NCBI GenBank assembly: GCA_026415775.1
Contig: JAOAGL010000001.1
Span: forward strand, 72,282 to 109,056
Direction: 5' to 3'
Source of the DNA: Patescibacteria group bacterium
Lineage (GTDB): Bacteria; Patescibacteriota; Minisyncoccia; UBA6257; JAAZHW01
DNA: 36,775 bases
Position 1 is the stretch's first letter. Each line of letters starts with the position of its first letter. The position numbers and the translations under genes are program-made. Of the stretch, positions 17,859 through 24,006 are shown one piece after another. Below the pieces are notes generated by a model. That model saw only the letters and a list, made by a program, of their open reading frames with translations. It searched no databases and was not told where the DNA came from.

Positions 17859-18011
17859 CTAAATTTTGCACTTTTTTTGTTTTTTGTCAAATAAAATGTG
17901 GGGTTGCATTAAATTAAATACAAAAACTACCTCAATCGAGGTGGTTTTTAAAAATTTAAAAAGGGTTTTTATTCCCTGATATTGTCCGGGCTCTGTCTTT
18001 ATTTTGCGCAT
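17859..18011 (-). CDS. possible 50-aa small ORF (low confidence)
   Basis: Internal ATG preceded by GAAGGGGGTGGTGTT (strong SD-like). However, the frame runs through the hairpin at 17923..17949 and through the next promoter. Confidence 0.2.
   Translation of the reverse strand: MRKIKTEPGQYQGIKTLFKFLKTTSIEVVFVFNLMQPHILFDKKQKKCKI
17862..17890 (-). promoter_or_regulatory. candidate promoter of paralog 2
   Basis: Minus strand: TTGACA, 17 nt including a TGc extension, then AAAATT. Confidence 0.4.
17923..17949 (-). terminator. hairpin terminator, copy A of a duplicated module
   Basis: The minus strand reads AAAAACCACCTC-gatt-GAGGTAGTTTTT (one C.A mismatch). Confidence 0.5.
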
Positions 18012-18127
18012 AACACCACCCCCTTCTTCTACTTTCAATCCTATAAAATTAAAATCTGATTCTTGAGGAGAAATGAATGAATCTCGCGAGTTATTAAACA
18101 CAATTAATTTATTCAAAATAATTTGCT

Positions 18128-18943
18128 TTATCTTGTTGCGTGTTTTTTAATAACCGCTCCAAAAGTTAAATCATAATAATTTTTTCTTTTTATGCTATAA
18201 ATTTTATAAGAAATTTTGTATTGTCTTTTTATAATATCCAGTGCTTTTTTTATATCTTTTTTTGCCAACGCCGATAAATGTCCCTTAAAACCCTCTATGA
18301 AGTCTTTTTCGCTTAATGTAGTTGCTAAATGAATCAGCCTTTTCTGTTTTAATTTCCAAGGGGAATCTCTTTGAATATCTTGAATAAAAATTTCCCCATT
18401 TTTTGGAAGTATTTTTATCATTTCTTCAATTGTTTTAATGGGATCTTTAAGTAAATGAAATGTGCTGGTACTTATTATGTATTTTAGTTTTGGCAATTTT
18501 AATTCTTTTGGGCTTTTTTTAATTTTAAATAATTTGATTTTTTTAAGAAGACCTCTTTCTTGAATATTTTTTCTTCCAAGTTTAATCATAACAGGAGAAT
18601 TATCCGCACCATAAAGCACCACAGAACGAAATCTATTTTGTTTGTATATTTTGCTGGCTATTGCTATTAGTAATAGAGCTGAGCCACAACCAAAATCCAA
18701 AATATTTCCCGGTTTTTTTACGAAAGATGTTTCTTCGAAAAAAATTCTCAAAATATCATCATAACTGGATAATCTGTTTTTAAAATACAAATTATAAGTG
18801 TATGCATATTGTTTCCGGAAGCGTTCGCTTATATTGGTAAAATAATATCTTTTTCCTTCTGTTTTGATACCAAGAATTAAAAAAGCCGCCTCTTGTAAAG
18901 ATTTGGCTTTTTTAAGATGCTTAATTAATTCTTTGCTATCCAT
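18128..18943 (-). CDS. class I SAM-dependent methyltransferase (small-molecule/RNA type)
   Basis: Motif I ILDFGCGSALLL, post-I GADNSPVM, ISTSTFHLLKDP. No DNA-methyltransferase (D/N)PPY motif. AT-rich and without SD. The start is uncertain (18943 or 18982). Confidence 0.7.
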   Translation of the reverse strand: MDSKELIKHLKKAKSLQEAAFLILGIKTEGKRYYFTNISERFRKQYAYTYNLYFKNRLSSYDDILRIFFEETSFVKKPGNILDFGCGSALLLIAIASKIYKQNRFRSVVLYGADNSPVMIKLGRKNIQERGLLKKIKLFKIKKSPKELKLPKLKYIISTSTFHLLKDPIKTIEEMIKILPKNGEIFIQDIQRDSPWKLKQKRLIHLATTLSEKDFIEGFKGHLSALAKKDIKKALDIIKRQYKISYKIYSIKRKNYYDLTFGAVIKKHATR

Positions 18944-19025
18944 ATTAAAATTATATAATAATTTAAAATAAATTAAAACCATATCGAATAAGACATCTTA
19001 ACAAATTTATTTTGTGAAATAGAAA

Positions 19026-19046
19026 AGAGGCTCTTAAAGAGCCTCT
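19026..19046 (-). terminator. hairpin overlapping the stop of the 346-aa gene
   Basis: AGAGGCTCT-taa-AGAGCCTCT, followed by TTTTCT on the minus strand. Confidence 0.5.
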
Positions 19047-20074
19047 TTTATTTTTTCAACTAATTTCTCTACCACCACTCCCCCCCCTATCTCCTCAAAA
19101 TTCATTCCATAAACTAATGAGGAAAATAGAGGTACTGCCTGTCCAATGTTGATATACGCCCCATCCTCGCTATTAATAATATTTTTCTGCCTCAAATATT
19201 CTATGACCACAGGGCGGCGATACGCAGTAAAAAAGCCTCCGTGATATTCGTAAATCCGTCCTGTAGAAATACTGCGCTCTCTCAACGAGTGTCTATCAAC
19301 AAATACTACATCATCTCCATCAACATTGAAGTTAGGAAGATAGGGGTAATCTCCACTAAAAGACAGTGTTCCATCAACAAATACTACTCTTGCCTCCGCC
19401 GATCCCTTTAATTCATTGACCACCCTCTGTTTGAACTGGGTGAGTAAGTTATTAAATGTCTCTGGATCTATATTGCGCCGCTCCTTTTTTTGATTGATGA
19501 TGGTGGCTTTATTTATAGCCTTCTCCCCTCTGAGTCTACTGCGGGTAATGAGTATAACTCTTTCATCACCTAAACTTACCGGGATTCCGTGATCTAACAT
19601 GGTCAGATCTACAAGAACTCTTTGCACGTCTCTGTCGGCTTTTTCTGCTTTGACTATCTCCGACATTAACTGAACTACATCAAAAGCTTCTCCGATTAGG
19701 GCCTCTTCAATCAGAACCCCTTTCTTTTCTTTCAACAATTCACCAAAAAACGACAAAGACGTGGCGTCATATACGACCACCTCAGATTCTTTAATTTTCT
19801 GTTCTATTTCTGCGCTAAGAGCACCATCATCATAAGTTACAACTTCCACGCTAGCATATTTAGCACGAAATTTTTCGTCGGTATAAAGAGCATCGGAAAT
19901 CTTTCTTGCTACTTCATCATTGACATGTAGCGCATGAGCACCCTGTGCTTTTCTGTACAAAATAAGAACTTTCTTTTTGGGTTTCGGTGGAGCAGGTGGA
20001 ACTGGCGGGGTCGGTGGTGTTGGCAGTGTCTTTTTACTTCCACCGCTAAAAATGGAAAAAATTTTTTTAAACAT
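19034..20074 (-). CDS. orphan 346-aa protein with N-terminal amphipathic segment and polyproline linker
   Basis: RBS GGAGGTTTGCG before the ATG. Begins MFKKIFSIFSGGSKKTLPTPPTPPVPPAPPKPKKK, followed by alternating beta/alpha-like segments (VLILY, VEVVTYDD, VVVYDA, VVFVDG, VVFVDR). I recognise no family motif. Locally about 48% GC in a hand-counted 60-mer. Confidence 0.7.
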   Translation of the reverse strand: MFKKIFSIFSGGSKKTLPTPPTPPVPPAPPKPKKKVLILYRKAQGAHALHVNDEVARKISDALYTDEKFRAKYASVEVVTYDDGALSAEIEQKIKESEVVVYDATSLSFFGELLKEKKGVLIEEALIGEAFDVVQLMSEIVKAEKADRDVQRVLVDLTMLDHGIPVSLGDERVILITRSRLRGEKAINKATIINQKKERRNIDPETFNNLLTQFKQRVVNELKGSAEARVVFVDGTLSFSGDYPYLPNFNVDGDDVVFVDRHSLRERSISTGRIYEYHGGFFTAYRRPVVIEYLRQKNIINSEDGAYINIGQAVPLFSSLVYGMNFEEIGGGVVVEKLVEKIKEAL

Positions 20075-20089
20075 CGCAAACCTCCATAT

Positions 20090-20132
20090 TTCTCCCTACT
20101 TGATCCCCCCTTTCGGTGGGGCATCGGGAGAA
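20090..20132 (-). promoter_or_regulatory. GC-rich stem-loop in the 5' leader of the 346-aa gene
   Basis: The minus strand reads TTCTCCC-GAT-g-CCCC-accgaaa-GGGG-gg-ATC-aagta-GGGAGAA, ending 4 nt before the GGAGG RBS. Confidence 0.4.
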
Positions 20133-20153
20133 TAATTTTAATTTGCTTATTTA

Positions 20154-20182
20154 AGTATAACAATTTATGATTATTTTGTCAA
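20154..20182 (-). promoter_or_regulatory. near-consensus sigma70 promoter of the 346-aa gene
   Basis: Minus strand: TTGACA, 17 nt, TATACT. Confidence 0.6.
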
Positions 20183-20242
20183 TATTAATTGGATTTTTAT
20201 AAAAATGCGGGGTTTTGTTCTATAAATTAAATAACGAAAGAA

Positions 20243-20269
20243 AAAACCACCTCAATTGAGGTGGCTTTT
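20243..20269 (-). terminator. hairpin terminator after tRNA-Pro, copy B of the duplicated module
   Basis: The minus strand reads AAAAGCCACCTC-aatt-GAGGTGGTTTTTT. Confidence 0.6.
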
Positions 20270-20275
20270 AGCTAG

Positions 20276-20347
20276 TCGGGCTGCCGGGATTCGAACCCGG
20301 ACTAAATCCTCCCAAAGGACTCGTGCTAGCCGTTACACTACAGCCCG
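20276..20347 (-). tRNA. tRNA-Pro (anticodon TGG)
   Basis: Cloverleaf: CGGGCTG/CAGCCCG acceptor, anticodon stem AGTCC/GGATT, loop TTTGGGA, CCGGG-TTCGAAT-CCCGG T arm. 72 nt, no CCA. Confidence 0.9.
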
Positions 20348-20394
20348 TTTCATTTATATATTATAACCAAAAAGAGCTTTGAAAAAAATTTCTG

Positions 20395-20466
20395 CGCCGC
20401 CACCGGGAATCGAACCCGGATTTACACCTTGAAAGAGTGTTGTCCTAGCCATTAGACGATGGCGGC
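20395..20466 (-). tRNA. tRNA-Glu (anticodon TTC)
   Basis: Cloverleaf: GCCGCCA/TGGCGGC acceptor, anticodon stem ACACT/GGTGT, loop CTTTCAA, CCGGG-TTCGATT-CCCGG T arm. 72 nt, no CCA. Confidence 0.9.
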
Positions 20467-20508
20467 TGATGTTTTTTATTTTATTGATTAAAAAAATTTT
20501 TTCAATAA

Positions 20509-20535
20509 AAAGGGCTGTCTATTAGACAGCCCTTT
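20509..20535 (-). terminator. hairpin terminator of the SPFH gene
   Basis: AAAGGGCTGTCT-att-AGACAGCCCTTT, followed by a T-run on the minus strand. Confidence 0.65.
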
Positions 20536-20541
20536 ATGCCT

Positions 20542-21495
20542 TTATTTTTCTTTTTGCTTCATTAATTTAGTAGTATCGAATACTGGTGTAATATCAGATC
20601 CGTAGGGGAAAAACATAATAGTGTTTGAAGGAGATTCAGCTACGCTGGGAAGATTTTTTATGAAATACCACTGTAAGTACTCTTTTGTTAAGGATTGTTG
20701 AATAATTTTATTAGATTCTGCTATCCCCTGAGCTTCAATGATTTTCCTCTCCTTTTCTTTTTGTTCTTTTAGAATTTTGTACTGCATCTCCTGGGCCTCC
20801 TGGTCAGCCTGCATTTTTCTTTCAATAGCCTGTTCTAGTTGATCAGGAAGCTTGACCTTCCTTATGGTAAAATCAACACCCAACACCCACATCTTTTCTG
20901 CTTTTTCACAAAATCGCTCAAAAATCCTTCTGCCAAATTCTTCTCTTTTTTGAGGGTGGGAGTAAATATCATTGGAGCTATAATTTACAGCGATGTCCCT
21001 TGCTGCACCTCGTAACTGAGGTAGTGCTACGGTCGAGAGTGGATCGCCTGAAATGTTTAACAAATATTTGTGGGCATTGGCAACATCAAGCCTATACCAC
21101 AATGTAGCATCCAAAAAAACCCTCAAGCCGTCATTCATCAGCACATCCATCGTTGTAGTAGCTCCTTCTCCTTCAACATTCAAAGGAATGTGCATGGTCA
21201 ACTCCTGGATCCGTCCGTCCATCTTTTCAACTTGTACAAATGGATTTACTAAATGTAATCCAGAGGGGATAATTTTCATTTGAACCTTACCAAATAGAAC
21301 GGGCACCCCCACATGGCCAACAGGAATCACCGTGAAAAAAGAGATTGAAAAAATTAAAATACATGTGCCTATCGCCAAAGCAATTGTACCCGTGGTTATC
21401 CCCTTTTTGTCATTCCCCTCTCGTACGTCCTTCAACCACCAAAGCAAACCTAATCCCGCAAAAATTCCCAAAACCAAAAGTCCTATGCCTTGCAT
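20542..21495 (-). CDS. SPFH/band-7 (prohibitin/HflC-like) membrane protein
   Basis: N-terminal TM helices, SPFH core (VPVGHVGVPVLFGKV...LRVFLDATLWYRL...), C-terminal coiled coil (QEAQEMQYKILKEQKEKERKIIEAQGIAESNKII). RBS CAGGAGGTTTAA before the ATG. Confidence 0.85.
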   Translation of the reverse strand: MQGIGLLVLGIFAGLGLLWWLKDVREGNDKKGITTGTIALAIGTCILIFSISFFTVIPVGHVGVPVLFGKVQMKIIPSGLHLVNPFVQVEKMDGRIQELTMHIPLNVEGEGATTTMDVLMNDGLRVFLDATLWYRLDVANAHKYLLNISGDPLSTVALPQLRGAARDIAVNYSSNDIYSHPQKREEFGRRIFERFCEKAEKMWVLGVDFTIRKVKLPDQLEQAIERKMQADQEAQEMQYKILKEQKEKERKIIEAQGIAESNKIIQQSLTKEYLQWYFIKNLPSVAESPSNTIMFFPYGSDITPVFDTTKLMKQKEK

Positions 21496-21508
21496 TTAAA
21501 CCTCCTGA

Positions 21509-21555
21509 TGTTCCTTTGTTGCCTGCCGACATAATCGGTTCAGGTATCCGGAACA
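21509..21555 (-). promoter_or_regulatory. GC-rich stem-loop in the SPFH 5' leader
   Basis: The minus strand reads TGTTCC-ggata-CCTG-aa-CCGA-ttatg-TCGG-CAGG-caacaaa-GGAACA, ending directly before TCAGGAGG. Confidence 0.35.
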
Positions 21556-21573
21556 TTTTTAATTTGCTAATTA

Positions 21574-21602
21574 TATATTAAACTTTTTTTAATTTTTGTC
21601 AA
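21574..21602 (-). promoter_or_regulatory. candidate promoter of the SPFH gene
   Basis: Minus strand: TTGACA, 17 nt, AATATA (TATATA at a 19-nt spacing). Confidence 0.45.
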
Positions 21603-21668
21603 GACTAATTTTTCTTGAATTATTCCATTCTTTTAGTAAAATTAAAAATTAGTAAATAATAAAATGTT

Positions 21669-21740
21669 GTCCCCGTAGTTCAATGGATAGAACAGCTCCC
21701 TTCTAAGGAGCGGATGGGGGTTCGATTCCCTCCGGGGGCA
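21669..21740 (+). tRNA. tRNA-Arg (anticodon TCT)
   Basis: Cloverleaf: GTCCCCG/CGGGGGC acceptor, GTTC-AATGGATA-GAAC D arm, GCTCC/GGAGC anticodon stem, loop CTTCTAA. 72 nt, no CCA. Confidence 0.9.
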
Positions 21741-21788
21741 CTTAAATAGTTTTTTGACATTTTGTTTTTAAAAAATAAGATTTTAGTA

Positions 21789-22967
21789 ATGAAGGTTTTG
21801 GCTATTGAAACAAGCTGTGATGAAACCTCAATAAGCATTTTGGAATTTGATGCTAAAAAAAGATGCCGCATTTTGGCTAATTTTGTTTATTCGCAAATTG
21901 CAGTGCATCAACCTTTTGGCGGTGTAGTGCCGACTTTGGCCAAACGCGAACACCAAAAAAATTTGGTCCCTATTTTAAAATTGGCCTTAAAAAAAGCTGC
22001 TTTATTAAAAAAGAGAAAAAATACTATTTCCTCTAAAAAAATCTCTATTATTAAAGAAATTCTGGCCCGCGATGAAATTTTACAACAACAAACGCTTGAT
22101 TTTTTTACTCAATATCAAAAACCTCAAATTCACTTCATTGCTGTTACAGCAGGACCAGGATTAGCTCCTGCTCTTTGGCCGGGCGTTAACTTTGCCCGCG
22201 CTTTAAGTTTTTATTGGCAAACTCCACTTATTGGTGTCAATCATTTAGAAGGCCACGTTTTGGCTAACTGGCTCCCCAAAGAAGAAAAAGTATGGCAAAA
22301 AATAAATATTTCTCCTAAAATTTTTCCAGCGTTAAGTTTAATTGTTTCCGGCGGCCATACTCAGTTGGTCTTAATTAAAAAATTAGGCCATTATAAAGTT
22401 ATTGGTGAAACACGTGATGATGCTGCCGGTGAGTGTTTTGATAAAACAGCGCGTCTTTTAAATTTGGGATATCCCGGCGGTCCAGCCATTGCTAAAGAAG
22501 CAGCAAAATTTCAAAAAGAAAATCCATTTTCTATTCAATTACCTCGGCCAATGATTAATTCAAAAGACTATGATTTTTCTTTTGCTGGTTTAAAAACAGC
22601 TGTTCTTTATTTAATTGAGGATTTAAAAAAGAAAAATGTAAATTTAAAAAAACTCAAACCTCTTATAGCTAAAGAAATCCAAGATAGTATTAATGAAGTT
22701 TTAGTAAAAAAGACGATTCAAGCAGCTAAAAATTTTAAAACCCACAGTATTATTTTAGGAGGTGGAGTAGCTGCAAACGAAAATTTAAAATTTTTATTAG
22801 CTAATGAAGTTAAAAAACAATTGCCAAAAATTCAACTATTTATTCCTGAAACAAAATATACTGGCGATAATGCCGCAATGATTGCTTTGGTTGGTTGGTT
22901 AAAGAAGAAATCTGCCAATATCAATAATTGGAAAAAATTAGAAGCTGATGCTAATCTGAGATTATAG
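21789..22967 (+). CDS. tsaD: tRNA N6-adenosine threonylcarbamoyltransferase TsaD
   Basis: MKVLAIETSCDETS start, GVNHLEGH, GGPAIAKEA and GGVAANENL motifs. The start is moved to the internal ATG at 21789. Confidence 0.9.
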   Translation: MKVLAIETSCDETSISILEFDAKKRCRILANFVYSQIAVHQPFGGVVPTLAKREHQKNLVPILKLALKKAALLKKRKNTISSKKISIIKEILARDEILQQQTLDFFTQYQKPQIHFIAVTAGPGLAPALWPGVNFARALSFYWQTPLIGVNHLEGHVLANWLPKEEKVWQKINISPKIFPALSLIVSGGHTQLVLIKKLGHYKVIGETRDDAAGECFDKTARLLNLGYPGGPAIAKEAAKFQKENPFSIQLPRPMINSKDYDFSFAGLKTAVLYLIEDLKKKNVNLKKLKPLIAKEIQDSINEVLVKKTIQAAKNFKTHSIILGGGVAANENLKFLLANEVKKQLPKIQLFIPETKYTGDNAAMIALVGWLKKKSANINNWKKLEADANLRL

Positions 22968-23026
22968 AATTTATTTAATAAGAATTATTTTTAATAATTT
23001 TGTCAAGAGATATTTTTAAACAAAAT

Positions 23027-23046
23027 CCCCTATTTATCCACAGGGG
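23027..23046 (+). terminator. weak hairpin (possible tsaD terminator) whose loop carries a perfect DnaA box
   Basis: CCCCT-atttatccac-AGGGG followed by TTTTATTTT. TTATCCACA lies at 23034..23042. Confidence 0.3.
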
Positions 23047-23188
23047 TTTTATTTTAAATTGTCCTGGTTGATTTTTAAGACCGCTCTTTATTTTGTTGTT
23101 TTAAACCCGCCCACTCACCCGCTCCATTTTTATCTCGATCCCGCCCACTTGTCTCATCCCATTCAGAACCATTGCCGACCTATGATAT

Positions 23189-23208
23189 GTCGCACAATAT
23201 TGTTTCAC
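23189..23208. repeat. left arm of a perfect 20-nt inverted repeat bracketing the parS array
   Basis: GTCGCACAATATTGTTTCAC is the exact reverse complement of 23581..23600. Confidence 0.9.
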
Positions 23209-23240
23209 AAAAATTTTGTGAAACACTTTCCCAACCAAAA

Positions 23241-23480
23241 TGTTTCACGTGAAACATTTTCGGCCTCCTGCACCCTAAAGTGTTTCACGTGAAACATTTC
23301 TGATATTTTTCAGGCTTAAACATTACTTAAAAAACCACTAAAAATGTTTCACGTGAAACATTTTAAGATTGAGTATTTCACAAAAAAATTCGCGAAACAC
23401 TCCAGGAATCAAAAAAACTTCCACAAAATGTTTCACGTGAAACATTTACCGAACTACCAAAAAGTGTTTCACGTGAAACA
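23241..23480. repeat. array of five exact parS palindromes (ParB-binding centromere-like sites)
   Basis: TGTTTCACGTGAAACA at 23241..23256, 23281..23296, 23345..23360, 23429..23444 and 23465..23480. This equals the conserved tGTTNCACGTGAAACa parS consensus. Confidence 0.85.
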
Positions 23481-23546
23481 CTTAAAACAAGTAAAAAATG
23501 AAAAATATAGAAAATATGTGAATTTGTGAATTTTTGCAATTTTGAT

Positions 23547-23574
23547 TTGACAAAAATGTTTCACATTGTATAAT
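23547..23574 (+). promoter_or_regulatory. near-consensus promoter of yraN embedded in a split parS
   Basis: TTGACA, 16 nt, TATAAT with TG immediately upstream. The spacer contains the half-site TGTTTCAC (23557..23564) and the partner GTGAAACA lies at 23581..23588. Confidence 0.6.
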
Positions 23575-23580
23575 TTTTTT

Positions 23581-23600
23581 GTGAAACAATATTGTGCGAC
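23581..23600. repeat. right arm of the 20-nt inverted repeat
   Basis: GTGAAACAATATTGTGCGAC. Confidence 0.9.
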
Positions 23601-23605
23601 GTATT

Positions 23606-23980
23606 ATGTCCAAGCAAACAAATAAAACCATCGGCACATTAGGAGAATTAATTGCTGAACGCCATCTTATAAAGGAAGGCTACAAGATTATTGCTAAAAA
23701 TGTCAGGGAGAAGTGGGGCGAGATTGACTTAATCGCCGATAATAAAAAAGAAATTGTTTTTATTGAGGTAAAAACTCTAATTCAAAAATCACCCTCTTTA
23801 TCAAACCTTAAACCTGAGGATCAAATGACCAACCATAAAATCCAACACCTTCAAAAAAGCATTCTTCATTATTTAAATAAAAATAAAATAAACGGAGATT
23901 ACCGCGTGGATTTAATTAGTGTTGAATTATACCCCCAATCTAAAAAATATCACCTTCGCCACTACAAAAATATTTTATAA
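23606..23980 (+). CDS. yraN: YraN/UPF0102 family endonuclease-like protein
   Basis: GTLGELIAERHLIKEGYKIIAKNVREKWGEIDLIA...IVFIEVKT pattern. ATG at 23606 is preferred over the tracked GTG at 23594. Confidence 0.8.
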   Translation: MSKQTNKTIGTLGELIAERHLIKEGYKIIAKNVREKWGEIDLIADNKKEIVFIEVKTLIQKSPSLSNLKPEDQMTNHKIQHLQKSILHYLNKNKINGDYRVDLISVELYPQSKKYHLRHYKNIL

Positions 23981-24006
23981 AAAAATCGCCCAGCTGGGCG
24001 ATTTTT
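23981..24006. terminator. bidirectional terminator
   Basis: Perfect 26-nt palindrome AAAAATCGCCCAGCTGGGCGATTTTT. Confidence 0.75.

Noticed and set aside
17859-18116. Tracked 85-aa ORF with a TTG start
   Set aside because: There is no RBS at the TTG. The frame crosses a terminator-like hairpin and the next promoter. Only the internal ATG with an SD-like element is retained, as a low-confidence feature.
19909-20170. ORFs 19909..20163 (-) and 19934..20170 (+) over the start of the 346-aa gene
   Set aside because: They overlap the promoter, leader hairpin and N-terminal polyproline coding region. Their Arg/Cys/His-rich translations are typical of out-of-frame GC-rich sequence.
21053-21581. Plus-strand ORFs 21053..21283, 21070..21252 and 21345..21581 opposite the SPFH gene
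   Set aside because: These are antisense shadows of a confidently identified SPFH coding frame.
16702-21740. Interpreting the GC-richer block as a tRNA-targeted integrative element
   Set aside because: I found no integrase, recombinase or transposase, and I did not spot a direct repeat of a tRNA 3' end at the far boundary. It is kept only as a compositional and expression-signal anomaly.
21680-21871. Minus-strand 63-aa ORF
   Set aside because: It overlaps tRNA-Arg(TCT) and the 5' end of tsaD on the opposite strand.
23034-23042. The perfect DnaA box TTATCCACA as proof of oriC in the tsaD-yraN gap
   Set aside because: A single box lying in the loop of a CCCCT/AGGGG hairpin, followed by a T-run, may just be the tsaD terminator. 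It is reported only as an open alternative.
23059-23529. Tracked ORFs 23059..23292 and 23344..23529 (translations repeating MFHVKHF/VFHVKHL)
   Set aside because: The repeated peptide motif is simply the translation of the parS palindrome ATGTTTCACGTGAAACA. There is no RBS and no coding-like composition, and the region is better explained as a protein-binding DNA array.
23189-23600. Whether the repeated 16-mers form a CRISPR array
   Set aside because: The repeats are perfect palindromes of only 16 bp with irregular 20-68-bp spacing, there are no cas genes, and the sequence equals the known parS consensus.
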